Positions 11,801 through 25,000 of a DNA stretch of 64,000 nt are shown here, piece by piece. A program made the translations under genes and the position numbers. Source of the stretch: Halocafeteria seosinensis (Eukaryota); assembly GCA_001687465.1 (NCBI GenBank), contig LVLI01000386.1, forward strand, positions 1 to 64,000. Direction: 5' to 3'. The notes beneath the pieces are model-generated. The model did not search any database, was not told the DNA's origin, and saw only the letters and a list, made by a program, of their open reading frames with translations. Numbering within the stretch: position 1 is the stretch's first letter; every line of letters starts with the position of its first letter.

Positions 11801-14800
11801 CTGGTAATAACACCATTGACCGATCGATGTATCTTGACTCTTACGACCGCGTTGTATTTGAATCGTGGAGGGGCTCCTGCGGGGCCGGCTGGAACAGGTA
11901 AAACAGAAACAGTTAAGGACCTTGGTAAAAATTTGGCCAAGTATGTGGTAGTTTTTAATTGCTCAGATGGGCTTGATTATATGTCTGTTGGACGCATGTT
12001 TTCGGGGTTAGTTCAAAGCGGTGGATGGGGTTGCTTCGACGAGTTTAACCGCATTGAAATTGAAGTGCTTTCCGTTGTGGCGCAACAAGTCATGAGTATA
12101 ATGGATGCTATTGCCCAGCGGAAAGACGATTTCCTTTTTATGGGACAATTAATCAGCGTTAGACGAGAATGTGGAATCTTCATTACTATGAACCCGGGGT
12201 ATGCCGGCCGGACCGAACTCCCTGACAACCTGAAGTCGTTGTTTAGGCCTGTTGCAATGATGGTGCCTGATATGGAACTAATTGCTGAAGTTATGTTACA
12301 AGCTGAAGGTTTCGAAACTAGCAAAGTGCTTGCTGAAAAGATTGTTACTTTGTATCGTTTAATGGTTCAGCAGCTTTCGAAACAGGATCACTATGACTTC
12401 GGTCTAAGGTCTATGAGAGGTGTCCTCCTTTGCGCCGGAGGGCTTAAACGCTCTCCCGAACTCGCTGATACAAACGAAGAGTACATTATTCTTCGTGCCA
12501 TTCGAGACATGAACGTCCCCAAGTTCATTAAAGATGATAAGCGGCTGTTTATGCTTCTCCTTGGTGATCTGTTTCCTAACCTTGAGCTACCGGAGTCTGA
12601 TCCGGGTGTTCTCGGGGAAGCAGTGTCCACTAAAATGCAAGAGTGGGGACTCCAAGAACATCCTGCTATTCATCACAAGGTAATGGAAGTACATGATTGC
12701 AAAGCGACGCGCCACTGCAACATGTTGGTGGGTCGGACATTGTCTGGAAAGTCCACCGTTCACCGTCTCTTGGCCGGGGCGAAGACCCTTTTAGCTGATC
12801 GCGGAGAGGAGGGATACATCCGCGTCAGATCTGAGGTGATTAATCCGAAATCGGTAAGCTTGAATGAACTTTACGGTGCTTACGATCTGCAAACAATGGA
12901 GTGGACAGATGGAGTACTAAGCACTGTTTTCCGTAATTTCGCGAAAGATGAGAGAAATGAAGAGAAGTGGTTGATTCTGGACGGACCGGTGGACACGCTG
13001 TGGATCGAATCGATGAACACAGTTATGGATGACAACAAAACGTTGACGTTAATCAACGGCGATCGCATAGGCATGAACGATGAAATGTCTTTACTCTTTG
13101 AGGTCCAAGACCTTGCTGTCGCCTCACCTGCTACTGTCTCCCGAGCTGGGATGATCTATGTGGACCATACAGATCTAGGATGGAGACCGATGGTAAAGTC
13201 ATGGTTGGACCGACACTTTCCTGACTCGAAACAAACTGAAGACAAGGAACTATATGACGAACTATTTGAGAAGTATCTACCTACATTACTTGAATTCAAG
13301 AAGCGCAACTGTTCCGAAATTGTCAGCCTCACTGATGAAAATGCTGCTTTGAGTCTGTGCCGCCTGCTGGACGCTGTTGGTGACGAAGACGCCGGCAATA
13401 ATTTGGATCGTTCGTCCATAGGAGACAGCTTCCCTGCATATCTGGAGAAATGGTTTGTGTTTTGCTGCACTTGGGCAATCGGTGGTGCCGTCACTGATGC
13501 TAGTAGAAGGAAGTTCAATGACTGCTTGCGTGAGATCGAGCCTCTATTCCCTGCGGTAGGCACGTCTTTTGACTATTTTGTGGATCCGAGCTCCCGTGAA
13601 TTTAAGCCGTGGACAGATAAGCTTCCCTCTAGATGGAAACCTGATGACAACACTCCTTATGGCAGTCTCATGGTGCCCACTGTGGATACCGAGAGAAATT
13701 CCTTCATTATCTCCCATCTATTGCAGAAAGGTTTCAATACTCTAATTGCCGGAGATACAGGCACAGGGAAAACGGTTTTAGTCCAAGGGCATCTTGAAAA
13801 TATGGACCAAGAGAGGTATTCATGGCTTCCAGTGAATATGTCTGCGGCCACTACGAGCAACAGCGTTCAAGATATCATTGAGGGTGCGCTGGAGAAGCGG
13901 GCGAAGAACAAGCTGGGACCCACCGGTGGAAAGCACTTGGTAGTCTTTGTCGATGATCTCAATATGCCAAAGAAGGACACGTACGGCTCACAGCCTCCGC
14001 TGGAGCTGCTTAGACAATGGATCGATTACGGGGGATGGTACGATAGGTCTAAACAGTCGTGGAAGTATATTCAAGACGTCCAGCTAATGGCCGCCATGGG
14101 CCCTCCGGGCGGTGGCAGGACTGTTATAAGTGAGCGCTTGCAAAGCAGGTTCAACATCATCAACTTTACTTTCCCTGCGGAGAAGCAAGTGCGATCTATT
14201 TTTGAAAATATTCTCTCCCATTACTATGCGAACTTTGGAGATGAGATGAAGCAAATGGTCCCTGGTCTTGTTCAAGCTACGGTGCAGTTGTACAATAAGG
14301 TTGTGGAGACGTTTTTACCTACACCTTCCAAGAGCCACTACCTGTTCAACATGCGTGATATTTCGAAAATCGTCCAAGGTCTCACTTTGGCTGACCCGAG
14401 CATTTTTGACCAGCCAGACAAAGTTCTAAGACTTTGGTCTCATGAAAGCATGCGCGTCCTAAGTGATCGGTTTATTTCTTTCGACGATGTAAATAAGTTT
14501 ATTTCGCTGATGGATGACCAATTGACCTCTGTCTTTGAGCAATATTACAACAAGTTAATGGAAGGGAGAGAATCTGCCGACGGTGGTCCGGTTTTCACGT
14601 CGTTCATGTCTTCGGGAAAGTATCAAGAAGTTGTGCAGCTGGAAGAGCTGAAAAAACATTGTGAGGACTCACTGATGGAGTACAATGATGTCCCGGGAGC
14701 CCTGCCAATGGAATTGGTTCTGTTCCGTGATGCTTTGAGGCATATATGCAGAATCCATAGAATTCTGAGTTTTCCGAGAGGTAATGCGCTTCTCATAGGA

Positions 14801-17800
14801 ATGGGTGGATCCGGAAGACAGAGTCTAACAAAGCTTGCTGCGTTTTTGTGCGACCAAATGTCAGTGTTTCAGATCGAGATTACGAAACATTATAAACTTC
14901 AGGATTTCAGAGAGGATATGAAATCACTGTATCACCGAACGGGAGTAGATAACAAGCCGACTGCCTTTTTATTTTCTGATACGCAACTTAAGGAAGAGTC
15001 CTTCTTGGAAGATATAAATAACATTCTTAGCTCGGGTGAAATTCCTAACCTATTCGAGAAAGACGAAAAGGTTAACATTATTGACGATGTACGCACTGAC
15101 GCGAGAGCCGCAGGGTATGAAGAAACAAGCAGTGACTGCTGGAAGTTCTTCATAAATTGTGTTCGCTCAAACCTCCATGTCGTCTTAGCGATGAGTCCTA
15201 TTGGCGATGGATTTCGTAACCGAACACGGCAGTATCCTAGTCTAGTTAGTTGCACTACTATGGACTGGTTCCATGAATGGCCGAAGGAAGCCCTCACGGA
15301 GGTTGCTGTTAAGTTTATTGCGGATATTGAGTTCTACACTCCCCCTCCAGAGTCAGAAGATGCAGAAAACCATTCGAAGTTTGATACAGTTCAAGAATGG
15401 GAGAATGCGGAGCAAAGTATGCGGTCAAGCATTGCTGAGGTGTTCGCCTTCTCTCATCAGAGAGTACGTGAAGCGTCTGAGAGGATGCTACAAGAGCTGA
15501 AGAGACACAACTACGTTACTCCCACCAACTATTTGGAGCTGGTTAAAGGTTACCGTGAGCTGTTACTAGAGAAACGCAAGGAGCTCTCTGACTCTGCGGA
15601 AAAATTGCGCAATGGCCTGAGTAAGTTGGATGAGAGTAGAAGTCAGGTGGAGGTGTTGTCCAAGGAGTTAGAGGAAAAGCAAGAAACTGTAGAGGAGAAA
15701 ACTCGGCAATGTGATGAACTCCTGGTTACCATCGTGAGCGAGCGGAGAGTCGCCGATGAACAGAAGGAGAAGGTTGAGTCAGAGAAGGAGAGGATAGCGA
15801 GAGAAGAAGAGATATGTAAGAGTATAGCTGAGGACGCGGACAAGGACCTCTCAGCGGCTCTTCCGGCATTAGAGCGCGCTATGGCAGAGGTTGATAAACT
15901 TGATAAGAGTAGTATCAGTGAAGTGAAAGCCTACACGTCTCCTCCAGCTCTAGTGAAACTGGTTATGGAAGCAGTCATGATGTTGTTCGGTCTGCCAACG
16001 GATTGGGGCACGGCCAAGAAGAAGCTGTCAGAAGCTGATTTCCTCAGCCAGGTGAAGACATTTGATAAGGATAACATTAAGCCCTCCGTCATGAAGAAGC
16101 TAAGTCGGTATACGAAACAGGGTTCTTTCGATCCGAAAGAAGTGAGAGGTCAGTCAACCGCCGCAGCCACTCTGTGCTCATGGGTACTTGCTATCGAGGA
16201 GTACGCCAAAGTAGCTGCAACTGTTGAACCGAAGCGCGAGAGGCAGCGCCAGGCAATGGAGGAACTTTCGCGTAAGCAAGCTGATCTTGCTGAGGCGGAA
16301 AAGAGTCTTCAGGAAGTGCAAGAGAAAGTAGACAACTTGAAAAAGCAGCACGACGAGAGCTCCGCGGAGAAAGATGCACTCAAAGAGCAAGCTGATGAAC
16401 TCGCCACAAAGCTTGATAGAGCTGAGAAGCTTGTTTCGGGTCTCTCAGGAGAAAAAGAAAGATGGCAAGAGAATATTGTGGGGTACGAATCTCAGTTAAA
16501 GCACTTACCTGGTGATGTGTTGGTGGCATCGGCCTTCCTAAGTTATGCTGGACCTTTCGACACCTTGTACCGTGAGCGCCTTGTGAAGAGTATCCAGTCG
16601 AGGGTGAAAGAGCTTTCTATCCCGTTTAGTCCTTCCTTCAGTTTCGGAAGCTTCTTGGCGAAGCCAACTGATGTAAGATCTTGGAATATGCAAGGGCTAC
16701 CGGCAGATGCCTTTAGTACAGAGAATGGGGTAATAGTAACTCGTGGTCGTCGTTGGCCGCTAATGGTGGATCCGCAAGGGCAGGCGAACAAATGGATCAA
16801 GAACATGGAAGGTGATAGTCTGAAGGTGACTGATTTGAAAAGCAAGGACTTTTTGCGGCTCTTGGAACAAAGCATTTCTTATGGTTTGCCGTACTTGCTA
16901 GAAGATGTTGAGGAAGAGCTCGATCCCTCGCTTGAGCCTGTACTCGCCAAGGCGATCGTAACACGTGGTGCTCGGAAAACGATTAAGGTTGGAGACAAAG
17001 AACTTGATTACAGTGACGACTTCCGCTTCTACTTGACCACCAAGTTGTCGAATCCCCATTATACACCAGAAGTCTCGACGAAGGCCGCTATTGTTAACTT
17101 TGCTGTTAAAGAGGAGGGTCTGGATGCCCAAATGTTGAGCATTGTTGTTCAGAAAGAGCAGCCAGAGTTAGAGCAGCAAAAGGACGAACTGGTTAAGAGT
17201 GTGGCAAAGGGGAAGAATACGCTTGTCGAGTTGGAGGACAAGATACTGTATCTACTATCTACTGTCGAGGGCTCATTGCTGGATAATGGAGAAATTGTTG
17301 AAACGCTCCAGGCCTCCAAGAAAACTTCTGAAGAAGTGGTTGAGCAACTGAAAATATCGGAACAAACGGAGAAGAAGATCGATGAAGCACGTGCTGGTTA
17401 CTCAGTGGTGTCTACCCGTGCTGCCTTGCTGTACTTTGTTTTGAATGATCTCGGAGGCGTGGACTCGATGTATCAATTTTCACTCGACTCTTATGTGCAG
17501 CTTTTTGAGCAGTCGATTGCTCAGTCGCGGAAGAAATTCGAGAAGGAAAACTACTCAATGAGCTTTGAGCCAGAGGAAGAGAATAGTGAAGAACAGGTGA
17601 AGCGTCGATGCGATTCCATCAACGAATACCATACCTACGCGGTGTACAAGTGGGCTTGTCTAGGTCTCTTCGAGAATCACAAGCTGTTGCTGTCGTTGCA
17701 AATTTGTGTCCGCACGTTGATGAAAGAAGGAAAAATCCCGCGGTACGAATGGGATTTCTTTTTGAAAGGCGGTGTTGTGCTTGATCGTAGTGATCAACGG

Positions 17801-19990
17801 GAAAAGCCCGCTTCCTGGATTTCTCATGCAATGTGGGATAATATTGCTGAGTTAGACAAGCTACCGGCATTCAGCGGCATCGCTAGCAGCCTTGAACAGC
17901 TGTCTGATGAATGGCACGCTTGGTATATGAGTGCCACACCGGAACATCGCGCCCTTCCTTCTGAATGGGAAACCAAGCTCAATGATCTTCAGAAGCTGAT
18001 CATCTGTCGGTGTCTTCGCCAGGACAGGGTCATTCATGCTGTTACTAAATTTGTTTCGAGTCAAATGGGTGAAAGCTTTGTCGATCCTCCGGCGCTGAAC
18101 CTTCGATCTGTCTTCGAAGATAGTTCTCCGACGATTCCCTTGGTATTCGTTTTATCTCCCGGAGTAGATCCCACTAAACAAGTGGTGTCTTTGCATCAAC
18201 ATCTTGTTGACGAGGGGATTGTCGATTGTGGACTACAAACATGTTCTCTTGGGCAGGGACAAGCACCTATAGCTACGAGATACATCCAAGAGGCCTTGGA
18301 ACATGGTGGCTGGGTCTTGCTCCAAAACTGTCATTTGTCGATTAGCTGGATGCCACAATTAGAGAAGATAATTGAGGACTATTGCGCTGCTGCTGAGCAG
18401 CAGGGTGGTAAGGCTCAAGGCCAAGCTACTGCTCCTCATAGCCAATTCCGTCTGTGGTTAACAAGCAATCCTCATCCTAAATTTCCAATATCAATACTTC
18501 AGCGAGGCACAAAGATAACGATGCAGCCCCCTCGTGGACTGAAGGCTAACCTTCTGAGGCTGTACAATCTCGTCGATGAAAACGAATTCCAGGAACGATG
18601 CAAGGCAGCTCCTGGACCTTCATATCAAAGGCTGCTTTTTTCGCTATGTTGGTTCCATGCCATCTTGCTGGAGCGAAGAAAATTCAAGAGCCTTGGATGG
18701 AATATTCCGTATGCCTTCAATGATTCAGACTTCTCAATTTGCAATGACATCTTGGGCACCTACCTTACTGAATATCCGAAAGACATTCCTTGGGATGCCA
18801 TCAAGTATCTAATTGCAGAAGCTAATTATGGAGGAAGAATCACAGATGATATGGACCGGCGGCTCTGCAATGTTTATGTTAACAAGTTCTTCTCACCGGA
18901 AGTCCTCAAACAGAAGCATTATCGTCTGTCAAGCTTAGAAGACTACTACATCCCTAGCGACGGTGACTTGGACTCGTACAAGGATTACATTCACAAGCTG
19001 CCCGCGTCGGATCCACCCGAAGCATTTGGTCAGCATCCAAATGCCGATATTCAATCGGCAATACAGGATAGTGATGAGCTTTTGAATACTGTCCTGTCGC
19101 TTCAACCGAAAACTGTATCCGAAGGCGGCGAGAGTGCTGAGTCAAAGGTGCTGGCTATTGCAGCCGATTTGGAGAAGAATCTTCCCGAACAGTTCGACAC
19201 TGAAAAAATTAGCAAGGATGTTCCTCCAGATGACTCTGATCCGCTCCGTGTTGTACTGTTCCAGGAGTTGGATCGTTACAATATTCTCTTAAGAACTATC
19301 AAAACGTCCTTGGTAGACCTCCAGAAAGGAATCCAAGGTTTGGTAGTGATTACCAGCGATTTGGAGCAGATTTTCAATGCGCTCTTAGATGCTAAGGTAC
19401 CCGAAGCATGGAGCTTTTGCTACCCCAGTTTGAAGCCCTTGGGTTCGTGGATGCAAGACTTGATGTCCCGGTGCGCTCAGATGCGTCAGTGGGCAACTCG
19501 CCAGATTCCACCCGTGTTATGGCTAGCGGGGTTCACGTATCCGACTGCGCTGTTTACAGCTTTGCTTCAATCGTCAGCCCGGAAGAATGGACTTCCGATC
19601 AATGTTTTAGATTTCGAGTTTCCCATCGTTGATAAGGATGCTGATTCTATCACAGAATCGCCTTCAGAGGGTGCTTACATCCGTGGTTTGTTCTTAGAGG
19701 GCGCCAGTTGGGATTACAACAACCATTGTCTGGCGGATCCAGTTCCCATGGAACTTTATTCACAGATGCCTGTGATACACTTTAAGCCCGTTGAGATTAA
19801 CAAGGGTGATAAGTCAAAGAAAAAGCAGTCTAGGGAGATGTACGAGTGTCCAATGTATATCTATCCCATACGCACAGGTACTGCTGAGAGGCCTTCCTTT
19901 ATGCGCCTCGTTGACTTGCCTAGCGGTGGCGTGCATCCAGACTTTTGGGTGCTCCGAGGAACTGCGTTGCTGTTATCGTTGAGCCACTAG
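5844..19990 (+). CDS. DNAH2: Axonemal dynein heavy chain, inner-arm I1-beta (DNAH2/Chlamydomonas DHC10-like); exons 5844-6056 and 6137-19990
   Basis: 4,630-codon ORF with P-loops GPAGTGKT, GRTLSGKS, GDTGTGKT and GMGGSGRQS, the CFDEFNRI motif, stalk coiled coil, and C-terminus RPSFMRLVDLPSGGVHPDFWVLRGTALLLSL. GWYDRSKQ...MAAMGPPGGGRTVIS resembles DNAH2. An 80-nt phase-0 intron at 6057-6136 (GTAAGC...TTTGCAG) joins the upstream ATG exon in frame. Subclass assigned from motif recall. Confidence 0.92.
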
Positions 19991-20274
19991 TTGTAGGACA
20001 CTTCCATGGTAGAACTAAAGTGACCGAAAATACAAAATAAACCGTTCTACCGTCCTCAAACAAACTATCATCATTTATTGAAGTATTATGTATCCTGTAC
20101 AACCGGTGCGTACGGCGTACGTACTTCCTCGGTCCAATCCCAAAAATTTTGGCAGAGTCCCAGAGCCTCCAGCTTCACAAACGCCGTATACCGATTGTAT
20201 TGTCTGTGTGACTTTTTTTCTGCATGCCGTAGGGACTTTACATTCCGAGTACCCGTGTAGCCACACAGTCCATC

Positions 20275-21846
20275 ATGAGCTCGTCTTCGAGCTCGTATCA
20301 TAACGAGAAATACAGCCTCACGGCTGAACAAGAGCTCCGGGTGGAGGTCCGAAGCCATTCAGCCTCTCGTTCAGCCGTCTCTGGCGCTTCTATAGAGGGT
20401 GGAGACCCCTCTTCTCCCTCTATAAACGCTTGTGTGAAGCTATTGACAGGTACTGCTGAGGTTTTTGGGGCTGAATTGGTGGAAGGGAGCGAGTATTCGT
20501 TCCCTCCGGGCCGAAAATTCGCCATTTTCACCTGGTATGGCTGCGAAATTATGTTGACAGGCAATGTAGAACTGGCCTATACAGCCGACGACACGCCCAT
20601 GATGACGTATGCCAATGTCCACCAACGTCTGGAAGCGCGCCGCGAGGAAGCGCGCACGGGGATACGAAAACAAGGACCTCGAATCCTGGTCACCGGGGAC
20701 GTGGATTCCGGTAAATCCTCTCTGACAAGGTTATTGACCACGTATGCATGCCGCTTGGGCCATGCGCCCACGTTGGTGGATCTAGACCTCGGACAAGGCG
20801 AAATCACGATCCCCGGGTCGATCGCGGCCACGCCACTGGATAGAGCGTGTATTCACCCTGTGGAGGGGTTCTTGTACACGGTTCCGTTGGTATACTTCCC
20901 AGGAGCCATTAGTCCCACAGAGAACGTCAAATTGTACAAACATCACGTGTCTAGGATTGCAGAAGCTATTGACAGTCGTACGGAAAAGGACGCAGTGGGT
21001 ACGTTGCAATGTCATCGTCCAAACAGGTTTCTTGAACATTTTCGTTTGTTGACGCAGCTAGACAAAGCGGTGTGTTCATCAACACCATGGGCTGGGTACA
21101 AGATTTAGGTTACGATTTACTACGGCATGCTATCCAACAGTTACATGTGGACGTTATTTTGGTTCTAGTACGTATCATCCAATCATCGTTGTTCCTGCCG
21201 AGACTCCCAATACACTTTGCTTCGTACCACAGGGTAACGATCGACTGCATGCTCAGCTTGTCAAGGAAAGCCCTCAATGGAGGAGAGGAGGTCCAGCGGA
21301 AAATGGAGGTCCCGTCGAAAACATAACCGTTGTCAAAATTCCGCAAAGTGGAGTTGTGTCCAGGAGTAGGGAGTTCCGAAAGGCGGTGCGTGCACAACGT
21401 ATCAGAGAGTATTTTTACGGTGTGCGTGGTGAATTCTCGCCTTGCTCTAGCAAGATAGGGTTCGGAGATGTTCAAATATTTCGTGTTGGCGGTGAGGAAA
21501 CAGCCAGTCACCAAAGACCGGTAGGACATGAAGATAAGGTGAATCCTTTGAGAACATATCGAGTAACACCGTCGCGGTCGCTTGTCAACCAAGTTCTCGC
21601 TGTGAGCTACGCCCAAACAGAGGCTGAAGCCCCTAACGCTAATGTTGCAGGCTTCATTCATATGTATGTACATGCTGTGCGTTTTACGTCGAATGATTTT
21701 AAGAGGATAATGTGAGCAAACCGAAAACTGTATAATGCAGCCAGGGTGTCGACGAAAAGTCTCGAACACTTACAATCTTGTCTCCCAACGCCGCCGAGCT
21801 TCCAAACAAAATTTTGATACAAGGCAATGTTTCTTGGGCAGAGTAA
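20275..21846 (+). CDS. CLP1: Polyribonucleotide 5'-hydroxyl kinase Clp1; exons 20275-20998, 21058-21167, 21233-21663, 21741-21846
   Basis: EQELRVEV, GTAEVFGAEL, FAIFTWYGC, TPMMTYANVH, GPRILVTGDVDSGKS, VDLDLGQ, INTMGWV, KSGVVSRS...IREYFYG. Three GT-AG introns restore one frame ending GNVSWAE*. Confidence 0.93.
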
Positions 21847-22055
21847 CTGAAGAACGCGTTGAATGCATGTCATTCGGAGAGGTGCTTAGCTGGTATCGCT
21901 AGCTAAGGTCGTCATTACGATAACTTGCGATACTCAACGGAGTTGTGTAATATTGATGCTTTCAATATCATTTAAGTTACATAACATGCAATTTCTTCGT
22001 GTGCACCACAATTTGTGATGCTTAGATTAAGATACAAGATAGCACAAATGCTCAT

Positions 22056-25000
22056 TCAACGCTCCGGGGACACCTTTTTGGTGTCCTTCTTTTTCCTGTA
22101 AGGTTTTTCAGACGTATGAGAGCTTGAGCTAGCACGATTTACCGATCCCGGGGAGTTCAGCTCTCCTCTCGAATTAGAGCTACTCGTCGAGCGCTCCGAG
22201 CTCGAGATGAGGCGCGTGTCACCGTCGTCTTGTCCAACAACGGAACTTCTGGGGGCGGCAGTGACGTCGTATCGTGTCGCAACTCGAAGAGTTCGATGCT
22301 TGCTGCGCTTTCTCACTACGACAACACCATATACAGCTATTACCACAAGGGCACCCACACCTACCCCGACCATTGTTGCCGTTACCCACGTAGCCGTGGC
22401 AGCGGCATCTTCGTTGCCAGTGCTGGTTTCACCTCCCTCTGCACTCTCTGAATAAATCTCCTCAGGGTCGGGTGGGACACTGACGGTGACGTCTGAAGTA
22501 ACAGTGCCATTCGCCGCTTCAGCAGCCTCTTCGATAGCACCTTGTAAGTCTCCACTCTCGGCCGCTTGTTGCACTTTCGCAGAGAGGTTTTTCTGTTCCT
22601 CCAACACATCAACATAATTCGAAGCAATCGAGGTCCCGCTATCGGAAGAAGAACCGTCCGACGGAGATGTCGAATTCGTACCGCCCTCCGAATCGTCAAA
22701 ACGAAGCCTTTCTTCAGGCTTGATAAGGATGCCAAGGGAAAGCTCTTCCAAGTCCGCCAGCTGTCGTCTGACGTCATCCAGGATGTTCTCAGTCCGGTCA
22801 ACAACGCGAATCCTGCTCTCAGGAATACTCAATAACGTAGCTAAGTTGTTGATGAGCGCACGCTGTCCATTTCCCTCCCAAAATTCCGTGGGGCTTACCC
22901 TCAATTTGACATTCAGCTGTATGTCAGGAGTGCGGATTACAGCGACACGAGCGAGTTTCGGATCACCTGTGATGACAATCCAAATGTGGCGTTGCTGAGG
23001 GTTGAAGTGGTTCGACCCGGCCCTCTCACTGATCTGAGGAATTGTATTCTGGGGCTCTATAAATTCACCATTGAAGTAAATTTCCATCGTATTCGGCTTC
23101 TGCAGGAACAGCTTAATCAATACCCGCTCATTGGGGTCACGTGATTGGAAGGTGAACTGCATCTGCGCAGGCTGCGTATTAAACAATTGAACGTGGTGTT
23201 CCTCTCCCGTGATTACCGCGAAGCGAATCCAGTTTTTCAGCTTATCTATGGCGCACATGTCTTTGAAGTCTCCTTGGGCGGAGTATATCCTATCGTCGTC
23301 TTCTGGGTTATTGAAATCGATTTCATTGAAGTGAGAAGCCAGGAGCGGACTAAGTGCATCATTGGTCCGAGTATCTGGGGCAAACAGCATCGGCTCAAAC
23401 TTCTTCATGGGACACCAAATTCCAATCCAATCCGTCATGGCGGTGCAGTCAGGACTTGGAAGTGAGAGTGGAGGATTATTATAGATAAGGGTTCCGCCGG
23501 CAGACCCGTGCATCGTCCCATCGACATCGTGGAATAGGATGTACCAGAACCCTTGACACTTCTTTCCAGTACACATCGACGAACCGAACGAAAATTTCGC
23601 TGCTTCCTCTACATTGTTCCACCGAATTCTACTCATCCTTACTTTAGGAGCAAAGTCGATTTGGCTAGGATTGTGAGCAACTGCAACAGACTTCAGACCG
23701 CAGTCGTCCTGCTGGAAGTCACCGAATGTCACGTTATCGATATTCACAGTTGCATCAAACGTCTCAGGCACACCGTATCGAAGTTCCCATGGCAAGCTAC
23801 ATAACTTTCCAGGGGTATTCGGGGGATCCAAATCACAAGAGAATTCGGGACTAGCGTGACATGTCTTAGCCTTGCCGGTGTACTGCGAATTCACGATTCC
23901 GACTCTGCGGTATCCACCGCCGAACACAGAGTTACATCCCTTGCCTTCCAAGTCACTCTCAGAAACAGCACGACATTTCATACTCGCGCCGCAGGATGAC
24001 AATGATGTCGAACCGAGTATCATCGAATTGGTTATGTTCGCGTAGTTACCCGTTCCTCCGGTCACAAAGTTTAGGGAAATTCCAATGTGCGAGTCAGCGA
24101 CAACAGCACCATCGACAATAAGATTTGCCCCCTGATCGACAGTAAGGATGGCAACATGTGCAATTTTCCAGGTTTTAAATCCGCTGACGATACGACAGTC
24201 ACCGCTCTCACTCAAAATAAAAGCACCGACAAGACTGGAGGACACCTCGTTGTCAGTCACGCGTATGTCCCCGCAAACATCCGGCCGGAACGTCACACCG
24301 CCGTCACTGGAGGAAGATATGAAGTTACCACTAAGTTCGTCGGGGCGTCCATCCATAAAAATGCCAGATGTCGGAACCAACCACCGTGTAGTTTGGTCGG
24401 GGGAACGGAACACCCCCGCAATGAGATTATCAGTGATGATAGCACCATCGGACGTCCCATCCCAGAAATCTATTCCAGAGCGGAACGTGCGGTGTATAAC
24501 ATTGCCGGTTACTTCCATGTGCCCTCCATGCTGCTCTGCTACGATACCGTAATTCAAAGAGTAAGCGAAAGAACTGTGGAAAATTCTATTTCGACTCCCT
24601 AAGGCCTTCGACTGCGGATAGGCAAAACGGAAGCATCCGTGTTCCATTTGTTGCTTGCCGCATTGGAAAAACTGAACGTTTTCCATTTGTACATTTCCCA
24701 CAAAATGGCTCTTTTCAAGATCATCATCATCAAATGCAACTTCAGTGACTACCCAATGCATCCCGTAGTTGGCACGGCCGACTTCCCCGCTAGATTGAGC
24801 CTCCGGCGAAATATAACCTTCCACCGAAATTGATCGATCAAGGTTTCCAACAGCAGCAGCCATTCTATTTCCGTATACATCCGCAGTCACAGAGTGTGTG
24901 AACTCTACGACCGAGTCCAAAGTAACGCTCTTTCCATTTATACTCTCGATCTTCCTTGTCTCCTGTTCATCGATATCGTACTCGGTAGCTGTAATCACCA

